Below are positions 1-12,657 of a stretch of 64,000 nucleotides of DNA, piece by piece. The first letter of the stretch is position 1, and the number at the start of each line of letters is the position of its first letter. The position numbers were made by a program, and so were the translations under genes. The stretch is from Prasinococcaceae sp. CCMP 1430 (lineage: Eukaryota; Plantae; Prasinodermophyta): the NCBI GenBank assembly GCA_013416795.1, contig RQSC01000009.1, forward strand, positions 28,648-92,647, written 5' to 3'. Under the pieces are notes generated by a model. The model made no database searches and was not told the origin of the DNA. It worked only from the letters and a program-made list of their open reading frames with translations.

Positions 1-1803
1 CCGGGACCTCGGCGAAGTTCGTGTACGATGACTCGCCACCTGGCTGCCGCGGCTGCGGGAGTGGTGGCTTCCAGCGCGGCGTCCAGCCCGCCGACAGGCT
101 CAGAGAGGTGTGGAGCGCGCATCCGACCAAGGGTCCGTACACGGGCGCTACGCGAGTGGTCATCTCCGCCGAAGGCATCGCCTGGCCCAACGGCACGCGC
201 GTCGAGGGTGGGCGCGTGCCCCACGTCCTCCAGCCGCACTACGAGGGACCATCGGGCGGTCCTGGGGCCCCGCGGCCGACGCACGTCGATCCCGCGAGCG
301 CAACCAACTCGCGGGTGCCGCAGGGGACCTTTTACCCTGGACCGTTGCTGCAGTGCATGATGGAGTGCATCGATGCATCCAGCGCGTCCGCCGCCTCTCT
401 ACGGCGCGCTGAGTGGCTCGACTACAACCGCGCGGCCTGCCCGACGCCGCCGCACCCTTGCCTTGGAGATGACTCGGGCAAGACGTGCGACCCGTCCACC
501 GCGCAGTGCACGCTGCGACTGTCGAACGACGGCGGGGACACCTTCGATCACGGCTACGACGGCTCCACTCCTGGCGCCGAAGCCATCACCAACGCGGCAG
601 CGGTGCCGTTCGAGTACAGTGCCGTGTTTCCTCGCCTCGACACCGTCGTAAACTCGGCGAGCTCGCGGGAGGCCTCGCGCGCGCGCGCGAGGCTCGCCGC
701 CCACCAGCGGGGGGAGGACTCGCCCGAGAGACTCGTGCACGAGCGCGTGCCGCTGGCCGAGCGCGCGGGCGTCGCGCGCGGGCCGTACGACGCGCATACG
801 CGCGTGTTCATGTACGGTCGCGACTTCCTTCCGTCGGCGAACTTCCGCGTGCGCTTCAACGACACGGACGGGTGGACGGCCACCGTCCAGGGCGAGGTGG
901 TCAACAGCACCCTCGTGGTGGCCATCGCGCCGCACAGGCTCTCTCCGCTCACCGCGCCCGCGTACGATGGGGCCTCTGTCAAACCATGCGCCATGGCCAC
1001 CGTCGAGGTGTCGAATGACGGCTCAGTCTTCTCTACGCGGAATGAGCCATCGCGTCATCGCTTTTTGTACTGCGGGTGCGTCCCGCGCGCGGTCCTTAGT
1101 GCCTGTGCTCTCGCTCGCGCGCACACTTGCCACCGCGCGTGCACCCGCGGCTGACTCAGGAGCGCGCGCGGCGACCCGCGCCAGGCTGTACGTGAGCCCG
1201 TCGGGCTCGGATGAGTACGGGCGCGGCACGCCCGACAGACCCCTGCGCACGCTGCAGGCGGCCCTGGACGCGGCGCTTGAGCCCGAGCCCGAGCCACTCC
1301 CCGCGCTGCTGCGCCCAGTCCAGGACGCCAGGGTCGAGGATGGCAAGGCCGCGAGAGCGCCCAGGGCCTGGGCGTCGGCGCACCGGGAGACGGGTGCGGG
1401 CGCGTCTCCCACGCGCGCGGTGTACGTCAACATGGACCGCGTGGTGGTGCTGCCCGGCACGTACGCGGGCACCGGCAACGTGGCGCTTGACCCTCGCGGT
1501 AAGGTGGTGGCCGTTGCCGCGGCGAACGGCGTCGGCGGCGCGGGCCGCGCGACCATCGACTGCGAGGGCTCCGCGCCTCGAGCAGCGCCGGGCGTGCTCG
1601 TGGGTGCGCCGACGCACCCCTTGCCGCAGCGGGGCGTGCTGCAGCTCGATGGCATCGACACGCAGCGGTGTGGCGCGCATCCGGCACCTGGCGCACTGCC
1701 CATCGGCGGAGACTCGTGCCCGTCGCACGCTGCTGGCTGCGGCTCGAACCCGCACAATGCCTTCGACAGCGACGTCTACGCGATCTACCACGACTACAGG
1801 TGA
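1..1803 (+). CDS. 3' part of an IPT/TIG-like plus DUF1565 (pectin-lyase-like N-terminal motif) protein; exons <1-1075 and 1185-1803
   Basis: Frame is open from the window start. TIG-like segment RVFMYGRDF...VEVSNDGSVFS. Intron 1076-1184 (GT...CTGAC...CAG) joins in frame to LYVSPSGSDEYGRGTPDRPLRTLQAALDAA...VVVLPGTY, a DUF1565-type motif. Confidence 0.6.
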
Positions 1804-3439
1804 TCGCCGCATTGTAACTTGTGTCTCATACGCGTGGCGGCCGCCGGTGCGTGCCCGACCGCCGCGTCTGCCGCCGCGCGGCCGCGCGGCTTCGCGCACG
1901 CAGCGCGCCGCTGTCACATCGCCCGCGAACGCGAAACGACGGGCGCCCCCATCAAAATGCAAAGAGATCAAAATGCAAAGAGTCGTTCGACCCAGCGGCC
2001 GTCGAGGACCGTTTCTGCCGGGTCCCTCTCGCCAATCTCCCATGGATCGATGGAGGCGCGGGATCGCGCGGCAGGTCCATGTTGAGGTGGGCGAGAGGGC
2101 CCCGAAACGCCCCTCGGCGGCGCCTGGATCGCAGCGAGCTGGATGTACTCGCCGCCCAAAAATTGCAACACCTCACATTTTGAGTCGAACACTAGTCGAA
2201 CACTAGCTAGTCCAGTTAATAGTAGGGGCGGCGAGGCTGCGACGACGAGCGAGGGGCGCGCGGCGCATAGTGCGCTCGTGCATCGTACTTGCTCTCGATT
2301 GTCGTCGGCGCGCGCGCTTGTTGTCGTCGTCGCGCGACGGTCAGTCGCCGCGCAGCAGCGCGAGCAGCCCGACGGCCTTGGCCTCTTGGTTGCCGCCGCC
2401 GAGCATGCGCTCGATGGCCGCCACGACGCCGGCCTGCGCGCGCACGGCGTCGCGCGCCTCGCGCCCCGCAGCGCGCCCGCCCCGCCGCTGCCAACGCCCG
2501 CGCCGCCGCTCCGGCGGGGCCCGCCAGCCACTCGGCCTGGTCCGCGGATTCCATGCTTACTCTGCGCAACCGCGCCGCGCCTATCGAATCCGCACGGTCT
2601 GAAGCTGCGTGTGTTCTGCTTGCGCGGAGCGCTGCGCCGCAGCAAAGCGCGCCTCCACCCTGACCGAATCCGTTCCCCCCGGCCCGGCGCCCGCAGGCGA
2701 GCGCTCGCGCTCATTTGTGTGCGCCATGCGCCCGGGCGGTTGCTTTGCTGCGCGCAGGCGCGGAGGTACGCTGGCAGCGGGGGGGGCGACCTGGCAGGAG
2801 TAGTGCCCCCGCGCCTCCAGCCCGCCTCCGGCCGCGGCCGCGACGGGGCCGCTGTGCCGCGCGCCTTCCGGCCACAGCCCGGGGCGCAACTTCCTACTAC
2901 TTCCGCCGCCAGCCAGCGGGGCGGGCGCATTCCTCCGCCCCCCCTGCCGCTGCGCCACGCTCGCGCCGCCCTGGCTGGCGTCGGTCGGGGAACGGACGCG
3001 GGCCCGAGCCCGGCGTCCTCCCCGCGCACACACCTGCCCCCCGCCCGCCCCTCCCCATTCTCTCACCTTGGCGCAGGCCCACGCAGGTGTGGACGGGGCC
3101 CCCGCGCACGTGATGGTGTTTTTGCGTCCCGACGTGCGTGCACGTCTGTGCGGCCGTCGTGGCACCTCGACCAGCCAGCTGGCAGCCGGGGTGGCGGCTG
3201 GCTGGCCTGGCTTTGGCTTGCCCGGCTGGACGGGGCGAAAAACGCGATTCGCCCGCGCGCGCTTTTCGTCCCTCCGCGATTGCGCGATTGTGCGCGCCCG
3301 CCCTTTTTGTGGCATTTCCCTTATCGGGATCGATCGCCCTCTGGCGAGATTTGCGGCTCGGGGGCGCCCCGCCGCGCGGGCCCGCCGTGGGGGCCGATTT
3401 TGATTCGCGCGCGGGCGCGGGAGCGCGCGGGAGCGCGCG

Positions 3440-4245
3440 NNNNNNNNNNNNNNNNNNNNNNNNNNNNNNNNNNNNNNNNNNNNNNNNNNNNNNNNNNNNN
3501 NNNNNNNNNNNNNNNNNNNNNNNNNNNNNNNNNNNNNNNNNNNNNNNNNNNNNNNNNNNNNNNNNNNNNNNNNNNNNNNNNNNNNNNNNNNNNNNNNNNN
3601 NNNNNNNNNNNNNNNNNNNNNNNNNNNNNNNNNNNNNNNNNNNNNNNNNNNNNNNNNNNNNNNNNNNNNNNNNNNNNNNNNNNNNNNNNNNNNNNNNNNN
3701 NNNNNNNNNNNNNNNNNNNNNNNNNNNNNNNNNNNNNNNNNNNNNNNNNNNNNNNNNNNNNNNNNNNNNNNNNNNNNNNNNNNNNNNNNNNNNNNNNNNN
3801 NNNNNNNNNNNNNNNNNNNNNNNNNNNNNNNNNNNNNNNNNNNNNNNNNNNNNNNNNNNNNNNNNNNNNNNNNNNNNNNNNNNNNNNNNNNNNNNNNNNN
3901 NNNNNNNNNNNNNNNNNNNNNNNNNNNNNNNNNNNNNNNNNNNNNNNNNNNNNNNNNNNNNNNNNNNNNNNNNNNNNNNNNNNNNNNNNNNNNNNNNNNN
4001 NNNNNNNNNNNNNNNNNNNNNNNNNNNNNNNNNNNNNNNNNNNNNNNNNNNNNNNNNNNNNNNNNNNNNNNNNNNNNNNNNNNNNNNNNNNNNNNNNNNN
4101 NNNNNNNNNNNNNNNNNNNNNNNNNNNNNNNNNNNNNNNNNNNNNNNNNNNNNNNNNNNNNNNNNNNNNNNNNNNNNNNNNNNNNNNNNNNNNNNNNNNN
4201 NNNNNNNNNNNNNNNNNNNNNNNNNNNNNNNNNNNNNNNNNNNNN
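3440..4245. other. Assembly gap (N run); probably hides the first exon of the GOGAT gene
   Basis: 806 N. The GOGAT ORF resumes after a branch point (GCTAAC, ~4287) and an acceptor AG at 4358-4359. Confidence 0.95.
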
Positions 4246-4359
4246 GACCGGCGCGGGCGCGCGCGCACCCTCGCCAGCCGCGCGCCGCTAACCCCGCCGC
4301 CGCCCGCGCACACAAACGCGAACGAACGAACGAACGGACGCGCGCGCCTCCGCGCGCAG

Positions 4360-5946
4360 CGCATCGAGAGCGCGGCGAACAATGTGGCCGACCTGGAGGA
4401 GATCCTCGCCGAGCGCGACGCGTGCGGCGTGGGCGTGGTCGCCAACCTCAAGAACGAGGCCAGCCACCGCGTGATCTCCGAGTCGCTGGCGGCGCTCGGC
4501 TGCATGGAGCACCGCGGCGCGTGCTCGGCCGACGACGACTCCGGCGACGGCGCCGGCGTCATGACGCAGGTGCCCTGGAAGCTGATCCAGAAGTGGGCGC
4601 GCGAGGCCGGCGTCGACGAGCCCAAGTCGGGCACCCACGGCGTGGGCATGGTGTTCCTGCCGAAGGACGACGAGGCGCGCGCCGCCGAGTACAAGGCGAT
4701 GCTCGAGGCGGGCGTGGAGGGCGCGGGCCTCAAGGTGGTCGGCTGGCGTCAGGTGCCCGTCGACCACGACGTGGTGGGCGAGTACGCGGCCATGACCGAG
4801 CCCGCGATCGAGCAGATCATCGTCGACGGCTGTGGCGCCGAGGGCGACGAGCTCGAGCGCAAGCTCTTCGAGGCACGCAAGCTGACCGAGCGCGCCGCGC
4901 GCGAGGCGCTCAAGGAAGGCGAGGACCCCAAGTCGTTCTACGTGTGCACGCTCTCCGGCCGCACCATCGTGTACAAGGGCATGCTCCGCTCCGTGGTGGT
5001 GGGCATGTACTTCAAGGACCTGGTGGACGAGGACTTCGAGACCTCCTTCGCCATCTACCACCGCCGCTTCTCCACCAACACAGTGCCCAAGTGGCCGCTG
5101 GCGCAGCCCATGCGCTTCCTCGGCCACAACGGCGAGATCAACACCGTGCAGGGCAACCTCAACTGGCTCACCGGCCGCGAGGCCAGCCTCGACCACCCGC
5201 TGTGGAAGGGCCGCGAGCACGTGCTGTCGGTCGTCGGCGACCCGGGCAACTCGGACTCGGCCAACCTTGACCGCATCGCCGAGGTGCTTGTGCGCACGGG
5301 CCGCGACCCCGAGGAGGCCATGATGATCTGCGTGCCCGAGGCGTACCGCAACCACCCGGAGCTGCAGGAGCAGTACCCCGACGTGGCCGACTTCTACGAG
5401 TTCTACAGCGGCGCGCAGGAGGCGTGGGATGGCCCCGCACTCATGGTGTTCTCCGACGGCAAGGCCGTCGGCGCCACGCTCGACCGCAACGGCCTGCGCC
5501 CGGCGCGTTTCTGGCAGACCGCCGACGACATGGTGTACATCGCGTCCGAGGTGGGCGTCATCCGCCAGGACCCGGCCAACACCATCTCCAAGGGCCGCCT
5601 CGGCCCGGGCCAGATGTTCTCCGTCAACCTCGAGACCGGCGTCGCGCGCCAGAACGCCGAGATCAAGAAGGACGTGGGTGGCAAGGCGCCGTACGCCGAG
5701 TGGCTGCAGTCGCGCCGCAACTACTCGGACGCGGCCTGGGAAGCGGAGGCGCCGGAGGACTCGGAGGTGCTCACGATGCAGACCATGTTCGGCTACGGCT
5801 CGGAGGACGTGCAGATGGTCATCGAGAGCATGGCCGCCGAGGGCAAGGAGCCCACGTTCTCCATGGGTGACGACATCCCGCTGGCGGTGCTCTCCTCGCA
5901 GCCGCACCTGCTGTACGACTACTTCAAGCAGCGCTTCGCGCAGGTG

Positions 5947-5977
<31 letters not shown>

Positions 5978-8900
5978 GCCTCGTGATGGGCCTGGACATG
6001 TGCCTCGGCGCTCGTGGCAACCTGCTCGAGCCCAGCTCGGAGCTCTGCTCCCAGGTGCACGTGGAGTCGCCGGTGGTCAACGAGGCCGAGCTGGAGAAGA
6101 TCAAGGCGGACGAGAAGCTCGGCGCCGTCACCATCCCCATCTTCTTCAAGAACGACGGCCCCGGCTCCATCAAGAAGGCGCTCGACGAGATCTGCGCCAC
6201 GGCCGCCGCCGCGGTTGAGGACGGTGCGCAGCTCATCGTGCTCTCCGACAAGCGGGCGTACGCCGACTACTCCGCGGACGAGGTGAACATCCCCGCGCTG
6301 CTCGCGTGTGGCGCAGTGCACCACCACCTCATCTCGAAGGGCCAGCGCGCGAGCACCTCCATCGCCGTGGAGACCGCGCAGGCGTTCTCGACGCACCACA
6401 TGGCGTGCCTCGTTGGCTACGGCGCGAGCGCCGTGTGCCCCTACCTGGCGCTCAGCACCTGCCGCTCGTGGTGGGCCTCGAGCAAGACGCAGTCGTTGAT
6501 GAAGCGCGGCAAGGTCCCGCAGATTGACATGGACGGGGCGCAGGAGAACTTCCGCAAGGCGCTCAACGCCGGCCTGAAGAAGATCCTGTCCAAGATGGGC
6601 ATCTCGCTGCTCTCGTCGTACCACGGCGCGCAGATTTTCGAGGCGTACGGCATCGGCGGCGACGCGCTCGATACGGGGTTCAGGGGCTCCGTCTCGCGCA
6701 TCGGCGGCATGTCGCTCGACGACATCGCCAGCGAGGCGGCGACCTTCTGGAACCGCGGCTTCACCGACGCGTCGGCCGACAAGTACAAGCTGCCCAACTT
6801 CGGCTTCATGATGACCCGCCCCAACGGCGAGTACCACGGCAACAACCCCGAGATGTCGAAGCTGCTGCACACGGCCGTGCGCGACGACTCCGCTACCGCG
6901 TACGAGACGTACGTGGACCACCTCGACAACCGCCCGACCAACGTCCTGCGCGACTGCCTCGACCTTAAGAGCGACGCCGCGCCGGTGCCCATCGACGAGG
7001 TCGAGTCGGTCGGCGACATCATGTCGCGCTTCTGCACGGGCGGCATGTCCCTCGGCGCCATCTCGCGCGAGTGCCACGAGGTGATTGCCGTGGCGATGAA
7101 CCGCCTGGGCGGCAAGTCCAACTCCGGCGAGGGCGGTGAGGACCCCATGCGCTACGTGCCGCTGGAGGACGCCTCGGAGGACGGCAAGTCGCCCTCGTTC
7201 CCGCACCTCAACGGCCTGAGGAACGGCGACGTGGCCACCAGCCGCATCAAGCAGGTGGCCTCCGGTCGCTTTGGCGTCACGCCCAACTTCCTGGTCAACG
7301 CCGACCAGCTCGAGATCAAGGTCGCGCAGGGCGCCAAGCCCGGAGAGGGCGGCCAGCTCCCGGGCAAGAAGGTGTCCCCGTACATCGCCATGCTGCGCCG
7401 CTCCAAGCCGGGCGTGCCGCTCATCTCGCCGCCGCCGCACCACGACATCTACTCCATCGAGGACCTCGCGCAGCTGATCTATGACCTGCACATGATCAAC
7501 AAGAACGCCAAGGTCAGCGTCAAGCTCGTGGCCGAGGCTGGCATCGGCACAGTCGCGAGCGGCGTGGCCAAGGCCGGCGCGGACATCATCCAGGTGTCTG
7601 GCCACGATGGCGGCACGGGCGCGTCGCCGGTGAGCTCGATCAAGCACTGCGGTGGCCCGTGGGAGATGGGCCTCACCGAGACGCACCAGACGCTGCTCGC
7701 AAACCAGCTGCGCGACCGTGTGATCGTCCGCGCGGACGGTGGCTTCAAGGGTGGCCGCGACGTGCTCGTCGCCGCTGCCATGGGCGCGGACGAGTACGGC
7801 TTCGGCACGATCGCAATGATCGCCACCGGCTGCATCATGGCGCGCATCTGCCACACCAACAACTGCCCCGTCGGCGTGGCTTCGCAGCGCGAGGAGCTGC
7901 GCGCGCGCTTCCCCGGCACGCCCGACGACGTGGTCAACTTCTTCCAGTTCGTGGGCGAGGAGGTGCGCGCCGGCCTGGCGGAGCTCGGCATGCGCAGCAT
8001 GGACGAGCTCATCGGCCGCAGTGACGTGCTGGTGCCTCGCAAGGACCTGGACCTTGCCAAGACGTCCGGCCTGGACGTGAGCTTCCTCACGCAGTACAAC
8101 GACGAGAAGCACTCGACCTCGTCGGAGCGCGTCGCCCAGCCGGCGCACGGCCTCGGTGACGTGATGGACGACGAGATCCTGGCAGACCCGGCCGTGCAGA
8201 AGGCCATCGAGACGGAGGGCGAGGTGACCGTGGTGAAGGACGTGTGCAACCTGGACCGCGCGTTCGGCGGGCGCATCGCGGGCGTGATCGCCAAGGATTA
8301 CGGCGACAACAGCTTCGCGGGCGCCGTCAACCTGGAGCTGACCGGCGCGGGCGGCCAGTCGTTCTGCGCGTGGTCGGTCGACGGCATGAACGTCACGCTG
8401 ACGGGCGAGGCCAACGACTACGTGTGCAAGGGCATGGCGGGCGGCGTCATCGCGATCAGGCCGGACCCGACGGCGCCGTTCAAGGCGGCCGACGCTTCCA
8501 TCATCGGCAACACGGCGCTGTACGGCGCCACGGGTGGCCACCTGTTCGCCGCCGGCCGCGCGGGCGAGCGATTCGCGGTCCGCAATTCGCTGGCGACCGC
8601 CGTGGTGGAGGGCACTGGCGACCACTGTCTCGAGTACATGACGGGTGGTTGCGTGGCGGTCATCGGCAGCGTGGGGCGCAACGTCGGCGCGGGCATGACG
8701 GGCGGCATTGGCTACTTCCTCGACGAGGACGGCACCTTCCTCGATCGCGTCAACGGCGAGATCGTCGAGGCGCAGCGCGTGGTGACGGCGGACGGCGAGG
8801 CGCAGCTCAAGGGCATGCTCGAGCAGCACGTGGCCAAGACGGGTTCGGTGCGCGCGCAGGAGCTGCTGGACAACTGGGCCGATGCGCTGCCCAAGTTCTG

Positions 8901-9006
8901 GCAGCTGGTGCCGCCGTCGGAGGCACAGACGCCCGAGGCGTCGCTCGAGTCCTCGAGCGCCTCCAGTCTCGCGCCCGAGCTCATTGGCGCGGGCGCCTCG
9001 GCGTGA
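4360..9006 (+). CDS. GLU1: Ferredoxin-dependent glutamate synthase (Fd-GOGAT), main exon; 5' exon missing in gap
   Basis: ERDACGVG (mature N-terminal Cys of the glutamine amidotransferase domain), [26 protein letters not shown] domain [18 protein letters not shown], 3Fe-4S motif [16 protein letters not shown]-terminal GXGXG beta-helix. No NADH small-subunit domain. Confidence 0.97.
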
Positions 9007-9341
9007 GTGGTCCGGCGTGTTGCAATCTTGTGTTGCGAGTCGCGGGTTGTAAAAAGTCTAGTCACGAACTCTTGTTGCCGCACACGCGCGCCCGCCGATC
9101 GCAGCGACAGCGCTAGCTGCGCAGTGGGCAAGAGAGTAGTGTGCAAGTTGAACAAGGCCTGGGGATTCGATCCCCGCACGAACCTCGCGTGTCTGTGGTT
9201 TTTTTTTGTTACGCAGCTCGACGGCGAGCGTTGGTCCTATTCCCTTCTCCCTTCATCTTTAAAGTACATACAGCGACAAGTGTGCTCCTTCTCAAGTGCT
9301 CCTCCCTACGCTCCCCTCGCCATTGTGACAGTTCGGGCCAC

Positions 9342-11252
9342 CTACGCGCCTTTTGTCTCCGGCACGAAGGCGAACACGTACGAGGTCGCCGCGAGGCAGA
9401 CGCACGAGAGCACCGTGAACGCCCCGGACACGCCACACGCAGTCATCAGCGGCAGGAAGTTCCTCCCCACTACGCTCACGCCCAGCCAGTTCGCGGCGGT
9501 GCACGCCGAGGCGGCCGTCGCGCGAATCTTGGCCGGGAACAACTCGGTGAACATCAGGTACGGCAGCGGGCCGGCGCCGCACGCGAAGAAGAACAGTGCC
9601 AAGGGCGCCACGGCGACGGCCACGAGAGGCGCGCCGACCGTCGACGCCACCGCGAGCGCGCCCATGCTCAAGGCCATGCCACCGAAGCTACCCATGAGGA
9701 GCGCCCGCCTGCCGAGCCTCTCTGTGAGGAACAGCGCGGTGATGCAGCCCAGTAGGTTCGCTGCGCCCGTCGCCAGGGCGGCCAGCTCGGGTGCGGCCAC
9801 ACCGACGTCCTTGAAGATGGTCGCGGTGAAGAAGACGAGCGAGTTGGCGCCAGACAGGGCCTGGAAGGCCGACAGGCCGATGCCCGTGAGCACCAGACGC
9901 CGGTACTTCGGATTCCGCAGGATGTCAACCAGGGTCGTCGATCCCGCCGTGGCGCTGGATTCCGCCTCCGCACACGCGCGAGCCTCATTGTCTGCGTCAA
10001 TGTGCGAGACGCCGCGGGTCTGGCGCAGCGTGCGGGCCGCCGCGGCGATCCGGCCGCGCCTGGCGAGCCACTGCGCCGTCTCGGGCGTCGTACCGAGCGA
10101 GGACATCGCCAGCGAGCTGGCGGCGAGGCCCGCGGCGAGCATGAAGATCGGCCTCCACCAGAACATCTCAAGACTGCCCAGCGCCATGGCTTGCGCGCCG
10201 TTGTGCGCGGCGGACTTGATGAGCGTGCCAGCGGACAGCGCCGAGACCTGGCCGATGACGAAGGCCGCGCGCGATGTGACCGCCAGCCGCGCGCGCATCG
10301 AGGGCGGAGCGAGCTCGCCCACGTACAGCGGCACCAGCATCGACGCGAGCCCTGAGCCCAGCCCCGTCATCAGGCGCCCCGCGGCGAACACCCCGACATC
10401 GGTGGCGGTGCCGCAGAGGGCCGCGCCCGAAGCGCAGATCAACAGCGACAGGCGGAGAGCGCCCGAGCGTCCGAGGGCCTCGGCAGCCGTGCCAGCGCAC
10501 ACCGCCCCCCAAAGGCCGCCGAAATCGTTCATGGTCACGACGAACAGCGGCAACGTGTTCGCGCACAGCCCGAAGGTGTTCCCGATGCACGAGAGCGGGA
10601 TGTTGATGCACGCGCCGAAGTAGCCAAACAACCAGCTGCCGACACACGCAATCGCGGCCGCGGCGCCCAGCGCCACCGTCAGGCGCCCGTCGCCTTCGGC
10701 GCCGGCAGCGCCGGCTTCGTCGGCGGCGGGCGAGTCCGAGACGAGCGCCGCGCCCAAATCGAGCTCCGGGAGCGGCCTTTCGGGAGGCGGCAGCGTCACC
10801 TCGAGAGTGGAGAGCTCGCGCGGCGCGATCCCTCCCCCTTGGACCCCTAGCGGATCGTATCCCTCCGCATCCGACCGTGCGCCATCCGCTGACAGCTGCA
10901 GCGGGTCATACGCCAGCGTGGCCTCGTCAGGAGCGCCGAGCGCCGTTTCCACGCCCGTCTGGGGGGCGATCGGGCCGGAGTTGCCGTACGGGTACACCTG
11001 CGCGGCCGGGGTGGCCACGAGCGGCTCGGTCTCGTCGTAGGGGTACAGCTGACCCCCCGCCGGGCCTGCCGTGTCCACGGTGTGGATGGCCGCGGCGGTC
11101 GCCGTTGCCTCTTCCGGGTACAGTCTATCCATCGCCGCGAGGTTGGTCTGGTGGGACGCCGGCGGCGCGACGGTCTCGGGAGCCACCGCCTCTCCCACCG
11201 CGTCGGGTGGCGTGGCGCCATCGCCGTCATCGAGCGGCGCTGGCGCCGCCAT
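9342..11252 (-). CDS. MFS sugar porter (plastid glucose transporter-like) with a long acidic N-terminal extension, 636 aa
   Basis: About 12 hydrophobic segments; motifs LGRSGALRL, GRLMTGLGSG, YVGELAPPSMRA, FQALSGANSLVFF, ERLGRRALL, ELFPAKIRA, VPETKG. ATG at 11252 is in frame with TAG at 9342. Confidence 0.9.
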   Translation of the reverse strand: MAAPAPLDDGDGATPPDAVGEAVAPETVAPPASHQTNLAAMDRLYPEEATATAAAIHTVDTAGPAGGQLYPYDETEPLVATPAAQVYPYGNSGPIAPQTGVETALGAPDEATLAYDPLQLSADGARSDAEGYDPLGVQGGGIAPRELSTLEVTLPPPERPLPELDLGAALVSDSPAADEAGAAGAEGDGRLTVALGAAAAIACVGSWLFGYFGACINIPLSCIGNTFGLCANTLPLFVVTMNDFGGLWGAVCAGTAAEALGRSGALRLSLLICASGAALCGTATDVGVFAAGRLMTGLGSGLASMLVPLYVGELAPPSMRARLAVTSRAAFVIGQVSALSAGTLIKSAAHNGAQAMALGSLEMFWWRPIFMLAAGLAASSLAMSSLGTTPETAQWLARRGRIAAAARTLRQTRGVSHIDADNEARACAEAESSATAGSTTLVDILRNPKYRRLVLTGIGLSAFQALSGANSLVFFTATIFKDVGVAAPELAALATGAANLLGCITALFLTERLGRRALLMGSFGGMALSMGALAVASTVGAPLVAVAVAPLALFFFACGAGPLPYLMFTELFPAKIRATAASACTAANWLGVSVVGRNFLPLMTACGVSGAFTVLSCVCLAATSYVFAFVPETKGA

Positions 11253-11353
11253 CCCGGGGCCCGCGGCGTCGACGGCGGTCGCGTTCCGCCTCCTGCTGGT
11301 GGCCCTCGAAGCAGCGAACCTGCCCCTGCGCGCGATGCGCGCACCGCGCGCGG

Positions 11354-11946
11354 NNNNNNNNNNNNNNNNNNNNNNNNNNNNNNNNNNNNNNNNNNNNNNN
11401 NNNNNNNNNNNNNNNNNNNNNNNNNNNNNNNNNNNNNNNNNNNNNNNNNNNNNNNNNNNNNNNNNNNNNNNNNNNNNNNNNNNNNNNNNNNNNNNNNNNN
11501 NNNNNNNNNNNNNNNNNNNNNNNNNNNNNNNNNNNNNNNNNNNNNNNNNNNNNNNNNNNNNNNNNNNNNNNNNNNNNNNNNNNNNNNNNNNNNNNNNNNN
11601 NNNNNNNNNNNNNNNNNNNNNNNNNNNNNNNNNNNNNNNNNNNNNNNNNNNNNNNNNNNNNNNNNNNNNNNNNNNNNNNNNNNNNNNNNNNNNNNNNNNN
11701 NNNNNNNNNNNNNNNNNNNNNNNNNNNNNNNNNNNNNNNNNNNNNNNNNNNNNNNNNNNNNNNNNNNNNNNNNNNNNNNNNNNNNNNNNNNNNNNNNNNN
11801 NNNNNNNNNNNNNNNNNNNNNNNNNNNNNNNNNNNNNNNNNNNNNNNNNNNNNNNNNNNNNNNNNNNNNNNNNNNNNNNNNNNNNNNNNNNNNNNNNNNN
11901 NNNNNNNNNNNNNNNNNNNNNNNNNNNNNNNNNNNNNNNNNNNNNN
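11354..11946. other. Assembly gap (N run)
   Basis: 593 N followed by a poly-A tract. Confidence 0.95.
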
Positions 11947-12645
11947 GGAAAAAAAAAAAAAAAAAACGCAGAGCACTTTCGATTCGGAAGCGGGCCTTTT
12001 CCTTTTCGCCCCTTTTCGTTTTCGCGCGGGGCTCCGTCCGAAAACCCGAACCGTTCCGCCGCGTGCCGGGGCCGACGCCCGCCGCGCGGCGGCAGCGAAA
12101 TATCCGCCCCCGCGGCGGGAGCGGGCGCAACGTCGAATATCGAGTAAACAAGCGACGGGAAAGGCATCCAGCCAGCATTTTGTGTCGAACCCTGATTTGC
12201 GAAGGGGGGTGAGAGAAACCCATACTCGGGCGTTTGGAAAAAACAGCGGGTCGGAAGCGCGCGCGTTCGCCCCCGCGGCGAAGCGGGCTTCGGTCGGTCG
12301 GTTGGGACGGTGTCCAGCCGGCCAGGCGCCGCCTGCGCTTCCTTGGGCTCGGATCCGTGCGTGGGCCCGGGCGCGCGCGGGAGCGCGCCGCGCGCGCGCC
12401 GCCGGACAAGGCCGCCGACCCGGAAGTGCCGGCGCCCCGGCCGGGCAGTGCCCGACCGAGAAATCGGCGTGGCAAATCTGAGCGCGCGACTGGCCGACCA
12501 ACCAACCACGGGCTCAACCCACCGAGAGTACCTTCACCCGCCATGCGGCCCGGGCTGCGACGATCGATCAGACCTCCGCCCGGCCGGATCGGGGTGTGGT
12601 GTGCCCCTTCGGTTTTCGCCCGCCTTCGCACGTGGTGGATTCCGC

Positions 12646-12657
12646 CCCCACGTGGGG
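12646..12657. promoter_or_regulatory. Perfect palindrome CCCCACGTGGGG (G-box core); second CACGTG at 12629-12634
   Basis: Read directly; lies in the divergent intergenic region between the sugar porter and the CHY-finger gene. Function is inferred only. Confidence 0.3.

Noticed and set aside
2143-4359. Apparent 2287-aa GOGAT with a huge N-terminal extension
   Set aside because: The ORF reads through an N gap and an intron; the supported exon starts at 4360.
4288-8829. 1513-aa antisense ORF and many other long Ala/Arg-rich ORFs in the track
   Set aside because: Shadows of real genes caused by high GC3 codon bias; no motifs.
11253-12509. Apparent 1055-aa sugar transporter
   Set aside because: The extension crosses the N gap and non-coding DNA.
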